Of a stretch of DNA of 64,000 nt, positions 63,679-64,000 are shown one piece after another; the stretch's first letter is position 1, and the number at the start of each line of letters is the position of its first letter. Where the stretch lies: NCBI GenBank assembly GCA_910578585.1, contig CAJTRG010000007.1, forward strand, positions 25,350-89,349. Direction: 5' to 3'. The notes beneath the pieces are model-generated. The model was given only the letters and a program-made list of their open reading frames with translations, searched no databases and had not been told where the DNA came from. The translations under genes and the position numbers were made by a program. The DNA is from an uncultured Mailhella sp. (GTDB lineage: Bacteria; Desulfobacterota; Desulfovibrionia; Desulfovibrionales; Desulfovibrionaceae).

Positions 63679-63701
63679 GTGTCTGATTGAAAGAAGTGAG
63701 A

Positions 63702-64000
63702 CTACTTGGCAGCAGCCTTACGTTCCAGTTCATCATCAAAGGTATGAACCTTGCCTGTTGAATTGTATTCCTTTACCAGCTTGAATACCAATGGACTCAG
63801 GAGCAAGACACCAATAAGGTTAGGAATGGCCATCAATGCGTTTGCGCAGTCAGCAATGAGCCATACCAAGTCCAATTGAACCAAAGCGCCAACAGGAATA
63901 GCCAGAGTATAAATAATACGGAAAGGCATGAGTGCCTTGTCACCGAAAAGATAAATCGCGCAGCGCTCGCCGTATACGCACCAGCCAAGAGCTGTGGTAA
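63702..64000 (-). CDS. alanine/glycine:cation symporter (AGCS) family protein, C-terminal part (runs off window end)
   Basis: The C-terminal sequence ...ALGWCVYGERCAIYLFGDKALMPFRIIYTLAIPVGALVQLDLVWLIADCANALMAIPNLIGVLLLS is typical of AGCS transporters. Confidence 0.75.
   Translation of the reverse strand, partial: TTALGWCVYGERCAIYLFGDKALMPFRIIYTLAIPVGALVQLDLVWLIADCANALMAIPNLIGVLLLSPLVFKLVKEYNSTGKVHTFDDELERKAAAK

Overview
This is a moderately AT-rich bacterial chromosomal window that is densely coding and mostly housekeeping. Gene content hints at a Desulfovibrionales-like organism: class 1B PyrK/PyrD, a standalone IMP cyclohydrolase, a long FlgE, an RpoN-type hook operon, and TAXI-TRAP, NhaC and NSS transporters. 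That lineage call is inference only. Calls in order: waaA (partial), mnmG, 2x tRNA-Asp, a Dabb protein, cysK, a GNAT, trmFO, a divergent EF-G paralog, a TtuA-like tRNA thiolase, a TAXI-TRAP operon, a roughly 0.9-kb ORF-free stretch holding a broken hydrophobic frame, NhaC plus two tandem NSS transporters, a minus-strand ftsY-pfk-addA-addB block, two small hypotheticals (one behind a sigma-28-like promoter), lnt, pyrK-pyrD-pgpA-IMPCH-hflX, a flavodoxin-like gene, asd, an AT-rich islet (orphan HlyD-like protein, zinc-ribbon methyltransferase, lipoprotein), valS, Fe-ADH, ispE, tRNA-Gln, prs, rplY, a CHASE-GGDEF cyclase, DUF302, fliK-flgD-flgE behind a near-consensus sigma-54 promoter, NhaC, SGNH hydrolase, BI-1, an XRE regulator with a perfect operator palindrome, 2x tRNA-Val, rtcB, and a partial alanine:cation symporter. 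No CRISPR array, prophage, IS element or recognisable defence island is present. The most unusual signals are non-coding: (1) a roughly 110-nt structured repeat present twice with multiple compensatory base-pair changes, lying next to G-run/C-run hairpins, with an apparent empty-site version elsewhere in the window; (2) a split palindrome carrying two tandem 69-71-nt units with conserved ends and structure-preserving variable cores. Notable protein-level signals are a FlgD with an RTX-like C-terminal extension, 45-nt tandem repeats in FliK, and an EF-G paralog lacking the catalytic histidine.
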